From the human T2T-CHM13v2.0 reference genome, Homo sapiens: 64,000 nt of DNA. The notes beneath the pieces are model-generated. The model saw nothing but the letters and a program-made list of their open reading frames with translations. It was not told the DNA's origin and searched no databases. A program made the translations under genes and the position numbers. This document shows positions 43,088 to 57,554 of the stretch, in pieces (within the stretch, counting starts at the first letter, position 1; every line of letters starts with the position of its first letter). The stretch is from the NCBI RefSeq assembly GCF_009914755.1, contig NC_060927.1; one strand, 5' to 3'.

Positions 43088-43610
43088 GCACCTACAGACA
43101 TGCCAATGTCCTTTCAGAGAAAGATAATCCAACAACCAAATTCTTTTTCAATGATATGACTTAAGAACAACTTACAGAATAAAACAGCTGCTGGAGACTA
43201 ATCTGAAAGGACAAAATGCAGAAAGAGAAGAAAGTGGCCATGATGAAGCATGTGTTCACTGAAGTTATGAGCCAAACGGAAGTCAGGAATAAGAAGCCCT
43301 GTTCACCTTTAAGTCCCCAACAGAGCACAGTGCCAAATGCATGGTAAGTGCTCACAGTTGTCATATGAAGAAATTCGTGAATGCTGGAAAGAGGGAAAAC
43401 AAAAGGAAGGGTAAGTTTGGAAAGGGAAGATGAGATTCTACAGAGATATGTTAAGTTTGAGAATCCAGTTCTAGCTCCTCACTGAGGTGTCTAACAAGCA
43501 GTTAGGGATGTAGATCTGTAGCTCAGAAGAGAGAGCAAGCATTAGGGACAGGGCTTAGGAAGCCATGAACAAGGGAAGCTTTGGCTTTGAATAAGATTAC
43601 CAAAGAATCT

Positions 43611-43960
43611 CGTATTAGTCCATTTTCACATGCTATAAAGAACCACCGGAGTCTGGGCAATTTATAAAGGAAAAAGATTTAATTGACTTACAGTTCCACA
43701 TGGCTGAGGAGGCCTCAGGGACCTTACAATTGTGGCAAAAAGTGAAGGGGAAGCAAGGCACATCTTACATGGTGACAGGAGGTGAGGGGGACTGCCAAAA
43801 ACTTTTAAACCATCAGACCTCATGAAAACTTACTATCAGGAGAACAGCAAGAGTGGACGACCCCGATGATCCAATCATCTCCCACCAGGTCCCTCCCTTG
43901 ACACATGGGGATGACAATTCGAGATGAGATTTGGGTGGGACACAGAGCCAAACCATATCA
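43611..43960 (-). mobile_element. THE1D/MSTA-like solo LTR
   Basis: gtattagtccattttcac...gggacacagagccaaaccatatca; TSD aatct. Confidence 0.9.
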
Positions 43961-43984
43961 AATCTACATTATTCAGGTGGAATA

Positions 43985-44235
43985 ATGAAGTGGTTAACAT
44001 TATAGACTTTGAATCTGAGAACCTGGATTTAGTGTCTGTAATACCTGCTTCACCACTTACTGTGAGTTTTCTTAGGTTTAGTTGTTTAATATCTCTGTAC
44101 CTCAGTATCCTGTTATAACATTGTTATAGTAATGAAACTACCTCAGAGGGCTGTGTATTAAGGGGTATAATGCCTGCAAAGTGCTTAGAACACAGTCTGC
44201 ATAGAGTAAGAAATCAGTGCACATTTGTTACCATA
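43985..44235 (+). mobile_element. MIR
   Basis: agtggttaa...ccacttactgtg...aaagtgcttagaacacagtctg. Confidence 0.65.
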
Positions 44236-44784
44236 ACTGTTATCGGTTTTTAAAAAATATCTAAAGTTTAGGAATGAACAGAGGAAGAGCCAGAGAATAC
44301 TAGGCAGGAAGTTCTTATGCAACCTTGTACAATATTCCTTATAAAAGTTTGAAGTTACATTCATTCCTGAGTTGCCTAACATCAAACAGTTGATCTATTA
44401 ATAAAGAGGGGGTGGCATGGAGAAGAGTGTGTTCTATATCAATCTCTCTCAAAGTCGTGCTCTTTGGGGTGCATAGTAATTTCTGTTGTGTCAAAAAAAG
44501 TGTGTGCTGTACTCAAATAAATCTGAGAAATGCTGGATTACACAAAATTAAGTAGATGTTTCCTCAGACCCTATACTAAATGCATATACTAATATGTCCC
44601 ATGGCTTGCTAAGGAGGGGCTATAGAATGCATCATTTCCAAAACTCCTTAGTTTTTTTATGGGATCATTCTGTTAAACTGACATTCTGTGGGACACAATT
44701 TCTCAAAGCTAATCAAGGTTAGTATAAAGCTTACTACACAAGACTTTCTTTGGAAACTTCTTACAAATACATATTACTGAACCT

Positions 44785-45130
<346 letters not shown>

Positions 45131-45164
45131 TCAGAAAGTCTAGAGTGCGGGTAAGGTACCTGTA

Positions 45165-45321
45165 ATTTTATTTTTATTTATGTATTTGTTTGCATGTTTG
45201 TTTTAGAGACAGGTTCTCGCTATGTTGCCCAGGCTGGTCGCAAACTCCTGGGCTCAAGCAATCTTCCCGCCTTTATCTCCTGATCGGCTGGGACTATAGG
45301 CACCTGCCACCACTCCTACCC
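45165..45321 (-). mobile_element. FLAM-like Alu monomer
   Basis: ctcgctatgttgcccaggctgg (7SL-like); TSD agg(t/a)acctgta. Confidence 0.8.
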
Positions 45322-46842
45322 AGGAACCTGTATGTTTAAAAAGTTCCTCAGTACGCTCTTGCCTCTGGCAACCTAGAAGAGGAATTTGACCCTGCCCACA
45401 ATCCCTCTTTCCCTTTCCAAACTGTTCTCAGAAAAGCAGCTCTACAAGAATGATAGCAAATCCAATAATGTATCTGGGTTGATTTCCCAGAAATTCATCA
45501 AACCAGCACAGCATGGAAGTTACTTATATACCTATTATACTTTCAGAACCCTTCAGACAGTCAACATGGATGAAGGCTAATAATTTGATTACCATAAAAA
45601 TATAACTAGGAAAAAATAGTTGTAGGCTTTACATATAAAGAAATTTGAACTACAGCCCCACAGAATTAGTGACAATCTGAATTTCCAACAGAACTTTGAG
45701 GCAGAGTCAGATTAGAATATTTTTTAAAACTTGCTTAGAATTAATATCTAACAAAATGAGGATAGTTGTGTTCTCGGTATTATCTGTTTAAAATTTAATC
45801 TAAGAATAGACTCTGAGATTTTCTTGAAGAGCAGTTAGTGCTGAGCATATACTGACCTAAGAACAGATACACTTCTAAATCTAATTTAGGAGAATCATTT
45901 TGGAAATAAGACAATTTTTTTCTTGTGAACATTCTATCTAGGAAGAATTCAGCAGAATGAATATTCATCATTTAACATATTTCTATTTTTATAGTCTGCT
46001 TCAAAACTTTTATAGTAAAAATAAGATAAAAGTATAGAATCACTTCCAGATTTCTCTACACACTCAAGCAATTATTCATTTTATATGTCTGGCAGGATGG
46101 GTTTGATTGTGGTCACCCTCTTTGTCTCTTCCATTACCCCTGGTACTGAGAGGGTGCAAGTGAGGATAAATTAGCCAAGAGGCCACCCACACTGAGCTCT
46201 TCCAGACTGAAACAAACAAACAAACAAACAAAAACATTAGAGTCAGAAAAACTAAATATAACACATGTTCCTAGATTGCATTCTATAAAGAATATTATTG
46301 GGATAATTAACTAACTTGAACAGAGTTTGTGAATTTAATGTTAGTGTCAATGACAATGTCCTGATTTTGATTCTTGTGTATTGGTTATCTGAAAAATGCC
46401 CTTCTTGGAAGGGTTACACATTATTCAACAGTGATGCGCTCTCTGTTCACAATGTACTCTCAAGTAGCTCCAGAAAAAAAATGTTCTTTGTGCTATTCTT
46501 GCAGCTTTTAACATTTGAAGTTATTTTAAAATTAACATTATCTTTAGCATTTTAAAAAGATAAAGTTGATTTTATGGCCTGTGAGTTTATCATTGATTTT
46601 CTCAGATTCTCTGGGTAAACTATATCAACTGTAAATAGTTTTATTTCTTCTTTTCCATTTCCTGTGAATCGATTTTTTTCTTTTTTAATTGTGTTGGTTA
46701 TAATCTCTAGGAAAAAAATGTTCAATAGATGGAGAGAGAGTAAGCATCCTTACCTTTTTGTAATCTCAGTGGAAATACCTCTAGTATTTTCTGACTAAAC
46801 ATAACACCGGCTTTAGGACCGAGGTATAGAAAAATATGCATT

Positions 46843-46878
46843 ATCATTTCTCAGCCTTATGGCTAAGATCAAGTGTAG
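46843..46878 (+). pseudogene. Tailless, 3'-truncated U2 snRNA retropseudogene (nt 1-36)
   Basis: atcatttctcagccttatggctaagatcaagtgtag matches recalled U2 ATCGCTTCTCGGCCTTTTGGCTAAGATCAAGTGTAG at 32/36. Flanked by tagaaaaatatgc and tagaaaatatgc. Confidence 0.85.
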
Positions 46879-46961
46879 AAAATATGCCTCAATTTCTATT
46901 TTCTTGAGTGTTTTTATCAGGAATAGGAATTGAGTTTTGTTTAAAAGCCCCCCACCCCCGC

Positions 46962-47312
<351 letters not shown>

Positions 47313-48104
47313 TTTTAAAAAGCCTTTTCCCCAACTGAGGATAATATACGATTATTCTTCTTATATCTACTAATATAGTATTTAAATTAATAGATTTCCT
47401 CATATTGAATCATCCTTGCATTCCAGAAATAAATCCTACCTGGTCATGGTATATTTTCTTAATGTGGTGTTTGGATTCTGTTTTCTAATATTTACTCTAG
47501 CATTTTTGCATTGATATTGGATAATGGCTTGTAATCTTGTTTACACATTAGAGTCATTTTCCTCCATACCACTTTTAGGAGAACAGTTTCCATGAAAGGG
47601 AGCTTGATGATAACAGAAAAGATAAAGAGACAATCTAACACAGAAATAGACCTGTCTTAGGGCCACATAAATTAAGGGGAGGTTGCTGACTCCTCTCTTA
47701 CTGACTAGGTGACCTTAGAGAAGTTATTCCTCCTCTTCTGCCCTCAATTTTCTTGCCTATCAATTAGACGAACCTACTCAAAAGATTGTGTGAGAATAAA
47801 ATGACAAGATGTCTATACAGACTTCAGTACAATGCCTGACACAATGTAAGCTCACGTAAACACTGGTATACCCTATTTTATTAAAAAGAACTACTTTTCT
47901 TCTACTGCCTCTCACATTATAATAATGCATAAAGACATATGTGGACAGATGTCATAGTTTCATCAGCAGGCAGATAGTCCCCAATACCATTTTGTCATGA
48001 TTACCAGGCCACAGAGGAGTTTAGGCAGCTAATCTAGGGAGCTAGGTTTGTATTTTTTCTCTTCTTTTATAGTTACTCCATTCCAGACTAGAAGTTTGAA
48101 TTTA

Positions 48105-48325
<221 letters not shown>

Positions 48326-48974
48326 GAATTTAAACAGTGAGCTTTTCATGGTTATTGAGTAGGAGTAGGAGGAGGGGGGAACTGTAAAGGAATGAAAAAG
48401 GAAGAGAAAACTTCTTGAACCCCTCCTACATACCAGGAACTAATTTAGGTATATCTGCAGTTATTATGTGAGGAAAGGTGGAAGGTTGCATCAAGATTGT
48501 AGAACTCCAGAACCACCTTGACAGGTGAATGAGTATGGGCATTGTCTCTCTATCTAACAGTTGAGATCAACTTTTGTTCTTTTCTTCTCACTCATAACCT
48601 CTTCAAATAGAATAAAGAGATGCGTTTTCTCTGGGTTGGGCTCTCAGTTACTCTGGCTGTAAGTGCTCTGAACATCAGGAAATCACTCTGTACAGGGTGT
48701 CAGCTGGGCTTCTAGGACTCCTGCGTGTGGAGGAGTTAAGGAGAGTGAACATTTATCAATACATTTATTCCACAACATTTTTATTATGAATGTGTTGATT
48801 CTGCAACTCTTCATTAGACTGTAGAGGTAGAAATGCTGTCTACCACTCTAAGACTGATAGACCTAGAGCACTGTAGGAATGCCCTGGAAAAAGAAATTGG
48901 CCTGAAGATGTTGGCATTTGTGCGGAACCTAGAAAGTCAGAGTTAGAAAGCAAAGCAAAGCTTGTGGGAGACAG

Positions 48975-49215
48975 CACAGTACATGTATTAAGGAACAGAC
49001 TCACACAGATCTAGGTCTGCATTTTGTCTTCCTATCTTTCTTACTATTGACTTTGGACAAGTTCTTTATTTTTCTCAGCTTTAATTGCATTTCTGTAAAT
49101 TTAGGGAAAAGTACCTTATAGGGTTATAGTGACGTTATAAAGGAGATAATGTAGGTAAAACACTTAGCACAGTACCTGGCTTATAACTGCTCAAATATAA
49201 TGGCCATTATTATTA
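48975..49215 (+). mobile_element. MIR
   Basis: gactttggacaagtt...ctgtaaa...cacttagcacagtacctggc. Confidence 0.7.
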
Positions 49216-49281
49216 TCTGGTCTTTAGCAGTGTTCACTTCTTGCCTCCATCAACAATCTTTTCCTTAGACTTTAAGCTTCT

Positions 49282-50860
49282 GCTTTTTTTTCTTTAAAGA
49301 CTATTTTTTGGTTCACAGCAAAATTGAGATGAAGGTACAGAGATTTCTCATATATCCCCATCCTCACACAAACATGGCCTTTCCCCTTATTAACATCCCT
49401 GCCAGGGTGGTATGTGTGTTACAACTGGTGAACTGGTGAACCTATATATTGATGCATTGCCATCACACAAAATCCATAGTTTACATTAGGGTTCACTCTT
49501 GGTATTGTACATTCTATGGGTTTAGACAAATATATAATAACCTGTATCCACTATTACAGTATCTTACGGAGTATTTTCACTGCCCTAAAAATCTTCTGTG
49601 AAGCTTCTTTTTTTAAAAAACAGCTTTTATTGAGATATAACTCACAGACCATATAATTCACCTACTTAAAGTTTACAATTCAATGGTTTTTAATATATTC
49701 AAAGAGTCATCCAGAAGCTAACTTTAGAATATTTTCCTCTCAAAAGAAAATCCACACCCATTAGCAGCACTCTCTATTCCTCTTTCATCTCTTCCCTACA
49801 TCCACTTCCAGGCAACCACAAATCTATTTTCTGTCTCTATAGATTTAACTATTCTGAACAGTTCATATAAATGTAATCATGTAATATGTGATCTTTTGTG
49901 ACTACCTTCTTTCATTTAGCATGTTTTCAAAGTTCATCCATGTTGAAGCATTGTCAGTACTTTATTCCTTTGTATTGCTGAATAATATTCCATTGTATAG
50001 ATAAATCACGCTTTATCCATTCACCTTTTGAAATACATCTGAGTTGTTTCCATTTTTTGCTATTACAAATAACGACACCATGAACATTTACATATGAGTT
50101 TTTGTGAGAACATATGTTTTCATTTCTTTGGGGTATATACGTAGGAGTGGAATTTCTGGATTTTATGGCAGCCCTGTTAACCTTTAGAGAAACTGGCAGA
50201 TTGTGATCCAAAGAGGCATTTTGTATTTCCACAAACACCCTATGAGTGCTCCAATTTCTCCATTCTCTCCAATACTTGTTACAATCTGTCTTTTTTATTA
50301 TAGCCATCCCAGTGGGTATGAAATGGTATCATATTGTGGTATTGATGTGCCTTTCCCAAATGGCTAAAGATGTTCAGTATATCTCCTTCGGAGCAATGTC
50401 TACTCAAATCCTTTGAGTATTTTGATTTTTTTATTAGACAGCGTCTTGCTCTGTTGCCCAGGCTGGAGCACAGTAGCATGATCAGAGCTCACTGCAGCTC
50501 TTAACTCCAGGGCTCAAGCCATCCTCCTGCCTCAACCTCCAAGTAGCTGGGAACACAGGCACATGGCAGCATGCCTGGCTAATTTTTTAAAATCTTTGGT
50601 ACAGACAGGATCTCTCTATGTTGCCTGGGCTGGTCTTGAAATCCTGGGCTCAAGTGATCCTCCTGCCTCAGCCTCCCAAAGTGTTGGGATTACAGCAGTG
50701 AGCCACCATGCTTTGCCAAGTATTTTGAATTTTAAGAGTTTTACAAATACTCTAGCTACAAATCCCTTATCAGATATATAATTTACAAACATTTTCTCCT
50801 GCTCTGTGGGCTCTCATTTCACTTTTTTGATGGTATTGCTTATAGCACAAAAGTTTTTAA
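49282..50860 (-). mobile_element. Two tandem antisense L1M 3' fragments (about 49282-49600 and 49610-50860)
   Basis: Two L1M 3' ends (ggttcacagcaaaattgag...; cagcttttattgagatataa...), with aagcttct at all three junctions. Confidence 0.75.
50426..50717 (-). mobile_element. AluJ inserted in L1M
   Basis: Antisense dimer; TSD agtattttga. Confidence 0.85.
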
Positions 50861-52098
50861 AGCTTCTTTTAAGTATAACTTATGGAAGTTTATATTTCAA
50901 CAGTTATCTCCTAAATAGTACACTTTCAATGGAAGACTTGGCCTTGTTCTTCATAGACAAAAACAATGTATGTAAACTCAGTATGTAAAAAACTCAGTAA
51001 TGTAAAAATCCTCTAATTGTAACCTTCCCATCACATAGCTGTTGACCTACATTGGCATCTACCCTTACCTGCTTTCACTACCCATGCTCTTGAGATAAAA
51101 AGAGCTTATTCTAGTCAAGACCAACACTCCAGCTGGATTCTTGACCTCATCCTCTCTCTATTCTCCCAGGACATTCCTCTGTCACTTAATCTCTCTGTTT
51201 CCTAGATCTTTAACATCTCTCTCAGCCTATGAGACAGTTTGCCTTGCTCCCTCCCATTTTGAAAAAAAACAAAAACAAACTTGTCTTGATCTGCATCCTC
51301 CAAATATACATCTCTAATCTTGTTCTCTACCCTGCACTTCACTTGGATGCCCTACAGATATATTTCAATTCAACATGTCCAGAATTAAATTCCCCTCCTC
51401 ACCCCACATCTGTTCTACTTTCAATATTTCCATTCGTAGATAATGGCACCATCATCCGTCACTTACCCAAATCAAACTCTCTCTCCCCTGTACACACCTT
51501 CTAGAATCAATATATCATGTTGCCTTGATGCGTTGTACCTCTCAGGTATATCATACAGTCTGCATCTCACTATTGTACACAAATGCCTTTAGTTTAGTTT
51601 CTTAGCATCTCTCCCCTGAATTATTGTATAGACCTCTAACTTATCTTTCTACCTCCAATTCTGCCACCATTAAGGTTCATTCTCCTTAATATACCAAGAG
51701 CAATATAAACAAAACCTGGTATGTTTTAGCATTTGAATAGGAGATGGTGATTGTCCCCTTATTAGGTAATGTACATCACTGGTTATGTGACTTTTGATAA
51801 CTCTCTAATTATTCCTCTTCAGTCTCTGGCTCCTCATTTGTTAAAGAAAAAAATGACAGCACTTAGTCTTAGAGACATTGTGAGAATCAAGTGGGACAAT
51901 ATTTGGCATACTAGGTGTACAACAAATGGGAGCCCTTACTTACATGATAGTGGGACCAGGTTATCTCCTGGGGCTCCCCTGTGTCTACAGAGAATATCAG
52001 ATATGTCAGCTGCAGGAATCCGGACTTAAAGTCAGGAACTCTTTGGGAAGCTCTTGAGAACAAGGACACTGGTTTCTTTCCCTATAATATAGAATTTG

Positions 52099-52535
<437 letters not shown>

Positions 52536-52820
52536 CTAAGAAACTGGTTCCTCTTTTGGTTTAAGCATTGTCCATTACTTGTTTGCCAGATTTGTCTATT
52601 CTAGATAAAAGTGTGCTTTTGTTGTCAGTGGTGCTGGTGGTGGCGAAGTTCTGTTGTTTTACAGGGAAGATAGCAGTGGAATAACAGAGTGATCCAGGAC
52701 GTCTGTTTTTCAACTTCAGCAGTAGTTAGTTTCCCCGGATGTTAAACATCTGAGTTCAACAGATGAAGTTCTGTTGACCTTGAGTTTTCAGAGGTCAATT
52801 CAGCTTTCCAATCATGGTAC

Positions 52821-52843
52821 CTCTCTTTTCTTGCTGTGTGCAG
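52821..52843 (+). promoter_or_regulatory. 3' splice acceptor (polypyrimidine tract plus CAG)
   Basis: ctctcttttcttgctgtgtgcag|G. Confidence 0.8.
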
Positions 52844-52892
52844 GCTGGCACTGATCCCAGTTTATCCTTTGAGATTCAGCAGAAGATCCTGA
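52844..52892 (+). CDS. PLCXD2: Last coding exon of a PLCXD2 isoform (PI-PLC X-domain protein 2): (R)LALIPVYPLRFSRRS*
   Basis: After the acceptor, G ctg gca ctg atc cca gtt tat cct ttg aga ttc agc aga aga tcc TGA (stop 52890-52892). The peptide matches my recollection of the PLCXD2 C-terminus; not database-verified. Confidence 0.75.
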
Positions 52893-52958
52893 TGGAGGAG
52901 GAGGATACCAAGAGAGAGGTGCCCAAGGAAGATGGAGTTGGTGATGTGCAACATTTCG
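52892..52958 (+). CDS. PHLDB2: First coding exon of a long PHLDB2 (LL5-beta) isoform: MEEEDTKREVPKEDGVGDVQHF + 1 nt, phase-1 donor
   Basis: ATG at 52892, 22 codons plus G, then donor TCG|GTGAGA (GT at 52959-52960). Matches the recalled N-terminal extension (…VQHFDSSKI-MEEHSY…) of a PHLDB2 isoform; not database-verified. Confidence 0.75.
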
Positions 52959-53448
52959 GTGAGAACTTTATTGTCAGAGGTTTTCAGTACATATTTACAA
53001 GTTCTTACTCCATCATACATATTGGGAATGAGCTGGCATTTTCAAGCATATACCCAGGAGTCCAGCAATCATTGGGGAAGAGAGCCTGAGGCTGGCAATC
53101 CTTGCCCAGAACTTTGGTCACCTGCTTGTTCACAGGCCACCATATCTTACTTCACTGAAGACATATGCTGAGGTTTTATTTAGTCCAGATGCTGAAGGAT
53201 GGGAAGACCCAAGCAGCTGGTGTGGAGGTCTTTCCCAGTGACTCATCAGTCATTCAGAAATCAAAGCCTGCACAAGAAAGGGTGGGATGGGATGTATAGA
53301 GAAAGACACCAAGCCTTTAGACTCCAGCAGAGTAGCTGATATTGACATATCTGAGGAGGGAGGAGGCTCCAATACGACTACTCCCAATTCACAGGGTTTG
53401 TGGTTCTGGATGAAATCTTTGCAAAGGGTTTCCCTGGCACTCAAACAG

Positions 53449-53454
53449 AATAAA
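53449..53454 (+). terminator. Candidate polyadenylation signal for the terminal-exon (PLCXD2) form
   Basis: AATAAA about 560 nt after the stop, followed by GT/T-rich sequence (gtgtatat...ttttttt). Confidence 0.6.
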
Positions 53455-53706
53455 TAGGCTTATAAAGTGTATATATTCCTCATTATTTTTTATTATGCCT
53501 CAGATGATCAAGTAACCAGAAGGCTGAGGGATAAGCTTGGTTACCTAGTTTCAGCCAATCTCATTAGTATTTCCTTCTGACCAGCTGACCAGCTCTGTAC
53601 TGCAAAGTCTTCTTGTATTAAGGGAGGGCAATTCCAAACTAGATTTAATTTTTCATTTACTCATTGTGCTAAGTTCTAGACACAAGAAGTTAAAATAGAA
53701 AAACCT

Positions 53707-53850
53707 GTGTTAGGGCTCTCCAGAGAAACAGAACCAATAGAACACACATACACACACACACAGAGAAGGAGAGACAAAGAGAGATTTTAAGCAATTGTCT
53801 TACTCAGTTGCTCTATTGTGGGGGCTGGCTGGGAATTCTGCAATCTGTAG
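53707..53850 (-). mobile_element. MLT2 LTR fragment
   Basis: tgtgttagggctctccagagaaacagaaccaatag followed by CA/GA repeats. Confidence 0.7.
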
Positions 53851-55675
53851 GGAGTGTTTATCTCGAGCAGACATGGAAAATAAAACAGAAACATTGCAAT
53901 ATGACGATGTGAAATACTTTGACATCTAACCAAAACCAGTCATGGTTTTGGACTTTCTGGAGAGGGTGATTTCTGAAGCAACTATTGCTAGGTGAATTGT
54001 GATTATGAGGAAAGAGATACATGAATGTGACTCATGTGAATAACTGCAGGCAGTTTACTGTGACTGGAATGCTCCCTCCTTGCAGGAAGAGGAGGAAGGA
54101 AATGACAAGCTATTAGGTGGGAAAATAACCTGGAGAAACCAAATGACATTTTTTTTTGTTTATTTGTTTTCATGCTAATCTGAGGATTCCAGATTTATTT
54201 TATCCTAAAGGCTTTGAGAAGTTATTGAAGAATTCTAAGCATTGGAGTGATGAGATTAGAGTTTCGGTAAAGACCAATTTATGTAATTATTCAACAAATA
54301 TTTAATAGTGTCTGTCATGTATGAAGTTCTGAGAGACGCACTGGAGATATGACAATGAACAAGATAGAAAGATCCCGGTCCTCATACAGCTTAGAATTGT
54401 GTGCAGGAGATTAGGGGAAAAAAAGACTAATAAAAGAACTTAAAATTTTAAGTACTGTTATTGAGGCTTGATTTAGGAGCCTATTACAATTCCAATATCC
54501 TCCCATCCCATCACACCTGGCCATCACATCCTGCCATAAGTGGAAGCTTTAAGTACTGAATATTACTCAGCAACTGCCCTATACCCCATCCCCTCTCATG
54601 GCCAAATGCACAGTCTTGGATTTGATACTTCCAGACCCTCTTTCCAAAATGTGGATCTTAGCTTTTTCTTTAGGCTCTGCATCTTCCATTTCCTTGGGAG
54701 AGAGCCTTACTTACTGCACACCCAATGTCCCTTTAGCCCTGGGCCTAATGAGGTTCCATCTCCCCTTGACTTATTCCTGGCTCTCTCTAAAAGTGGGGAA
54801 ATACCAGGTAGTAAATGAAGGCAAGGGGATGAAAAGTACTATTGACAGATATTTAAGAGGTAAAAATTATATGATTTGGCAATGTATTGGTAATAGGGGT
54901 TGAGGAGGACTTGAGGGACTGAAGAAGTTTCCCAGATAAGGGAGTTGGATGACTGGATCTAAGAGGGTGTCCTTTACTTAATTGTAGACTACAATTAAGA
55001 AGGAGGGCTGAGGGGTGCACGTGAGGGAAGGTGATAATGATGTAATGATTAGGACATGTTACGTCTGCTGTGCCCAAAGGATACCTCTGTGTAGGTAGGC
55101 AGTATGCGACCCTCACCTTCCCCCGTGTACATTCCTAAACCTTCCTTCTTTCTTGTACTGAGGATTGTGGAAGTTGGAATGAAAAACAAAGGACTGATAT
55201 TTCCAGTAGGATCAAAGCATTCAACAAAGTAATTGAGAATCTATCATAAAATGCTAATAGCCCATGAGAGATAAAACTTTCCTTTGAGAACTAATTACCA
55301 GTGAATTATTCATCAAGGGTAAGGTTACCCCCCGCCACCTGCCACTAGGGATCCTTCAAAACTGCCTGTGTAAGGAGTTTTCCACCTGGATAGTCACTTT
55401 GATAACTTCTGCAGGCCAAAACTAGCTTTTGCAACAGGAAAACAATAAACCACATCAGAGCTTGTCTTGATTACATTGCTCATCAATGCTCAGCAGGCTA
55501 GAGGAGTAAAAAGCATAAGTGCTTTGGTGCTTTGACCCCCCCAAACAGCACTCCAAGTGTTGAGGGATCTCAGACCTTATCTGGGATTTTTGTTGAAGAA
55601 ACAGAGGAAGAGCCACAGAAAGCTCTGCCAACAGACTTGGGGTGTGGGGAGAAAAATACTGCCTTTAGACATATA

Positions 55676-56071
55676 CAGTCATGCACTGCATAATGTTTCA
55701 ATCAATGAGGGACCACATGTACAACAGTGGCCCTGCAAGATTATAATGGAGTGGGAAAATGTCTTATCATCTGGTGACAGTGGTACAGTAGCACAACACC
55801 TTACCTTTTCTGTGTTGAGATGTTTAGATACACAAATATTTACCATTATATTACAGTTGCCTACAGTATTCAGTACAGTAGCATGCTATATAGGCTTGTA
55901 GCCTAGGAATAGGCTATGCCATTCTTATGGTTATGCCATATAGACTGGGTGTGTAACAGACTATGCCACCTAGGTTTGTGTAAGTGGACTCTATGATGTT
56001 TGCATAATGACAAAATTACCTAACAATGCATTTCTCAGAACATAGCCCTAGCCTCAAGCAATGCCCGACTG
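55676..56071. mobile_element. Tigger3/MER7-type non-autonomous DNA transposon
   Basis: Termini cagtc...gactg with TA duplication; caagattataat and ctaggtttgtgtaagt motifs. Confidence 0.85.
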
Positions 56072-56185
56072 TATATGAAACTTTCCTCTTGTGAATTGAT
56101 GGGTTGCCAAGCCTTTTATAAAGCTAACTTTAATATTAACATTGAAGATACAGTGAATCCATATACCCATGTTAAAGTTCTGGAG

Positions 56186-56495
56186 TTTGTTTCTTTTTTG
56201 TTTGTTTGTTTTTTTGATATGGTCTCACTCTATTGCCTAGGCTGGAATGCATTGATGGAATCATAGCTCACTGCAGCCTTGAATTCTTAGGCTCAAGTGA
56301 TCCTCCTGCCTCAGTCTCCAGAGTAGGTAAGACTATAGGCCCAAGACACCATGCCTGGATAATTGAAAAAAATTTTTTAGAGAAGGGGTTTTGCTATGTT
56401 GTCTAGGCTGGTCTCAAACTCCTGGGCTCAAATGATCCTTCCACCTTGGCCTCCCAAAGCGCTGGGATTCCAGGCATGAGCCACTGTGCCAGGCC
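56186..56495 (-). mobile_element. AluJ
   Basis: Antisense dimer; TSD aaagttctg. Confidence 0.85.
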
Positions 56496-56684
56496 AAAGT
56501 TCTGAAAATTCTTATGTCAGTCTTGTAAATATAATACTAATACCGTAGGAATCAAGCTCTGGAAATTACCATTAAGAGAATGACCTTTTAAATAGAGCTT
56601 CTTTTATTTTCCATTTGAACAGCACAGCAAGTGAATTTTGATAATCTTCTTTAGGAATATTTGTAACTCAGAAATTCTTAGTTC

Positions 56685-57492
<808 letters not shown>

Positions 57493-57554
57493 AGAAATTC
57501 TTGGTTTTTGAGGATAGTCATAAATTCAAATGAGACTAAAATAACCATACTAAG

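Noticed and set aside
52814-53089. 91-aa ORF as a single-exon gene
   Set aside because: It runs through a good acceptor (52843) and donor (52959); only the exonic part matches a recognisable protein.
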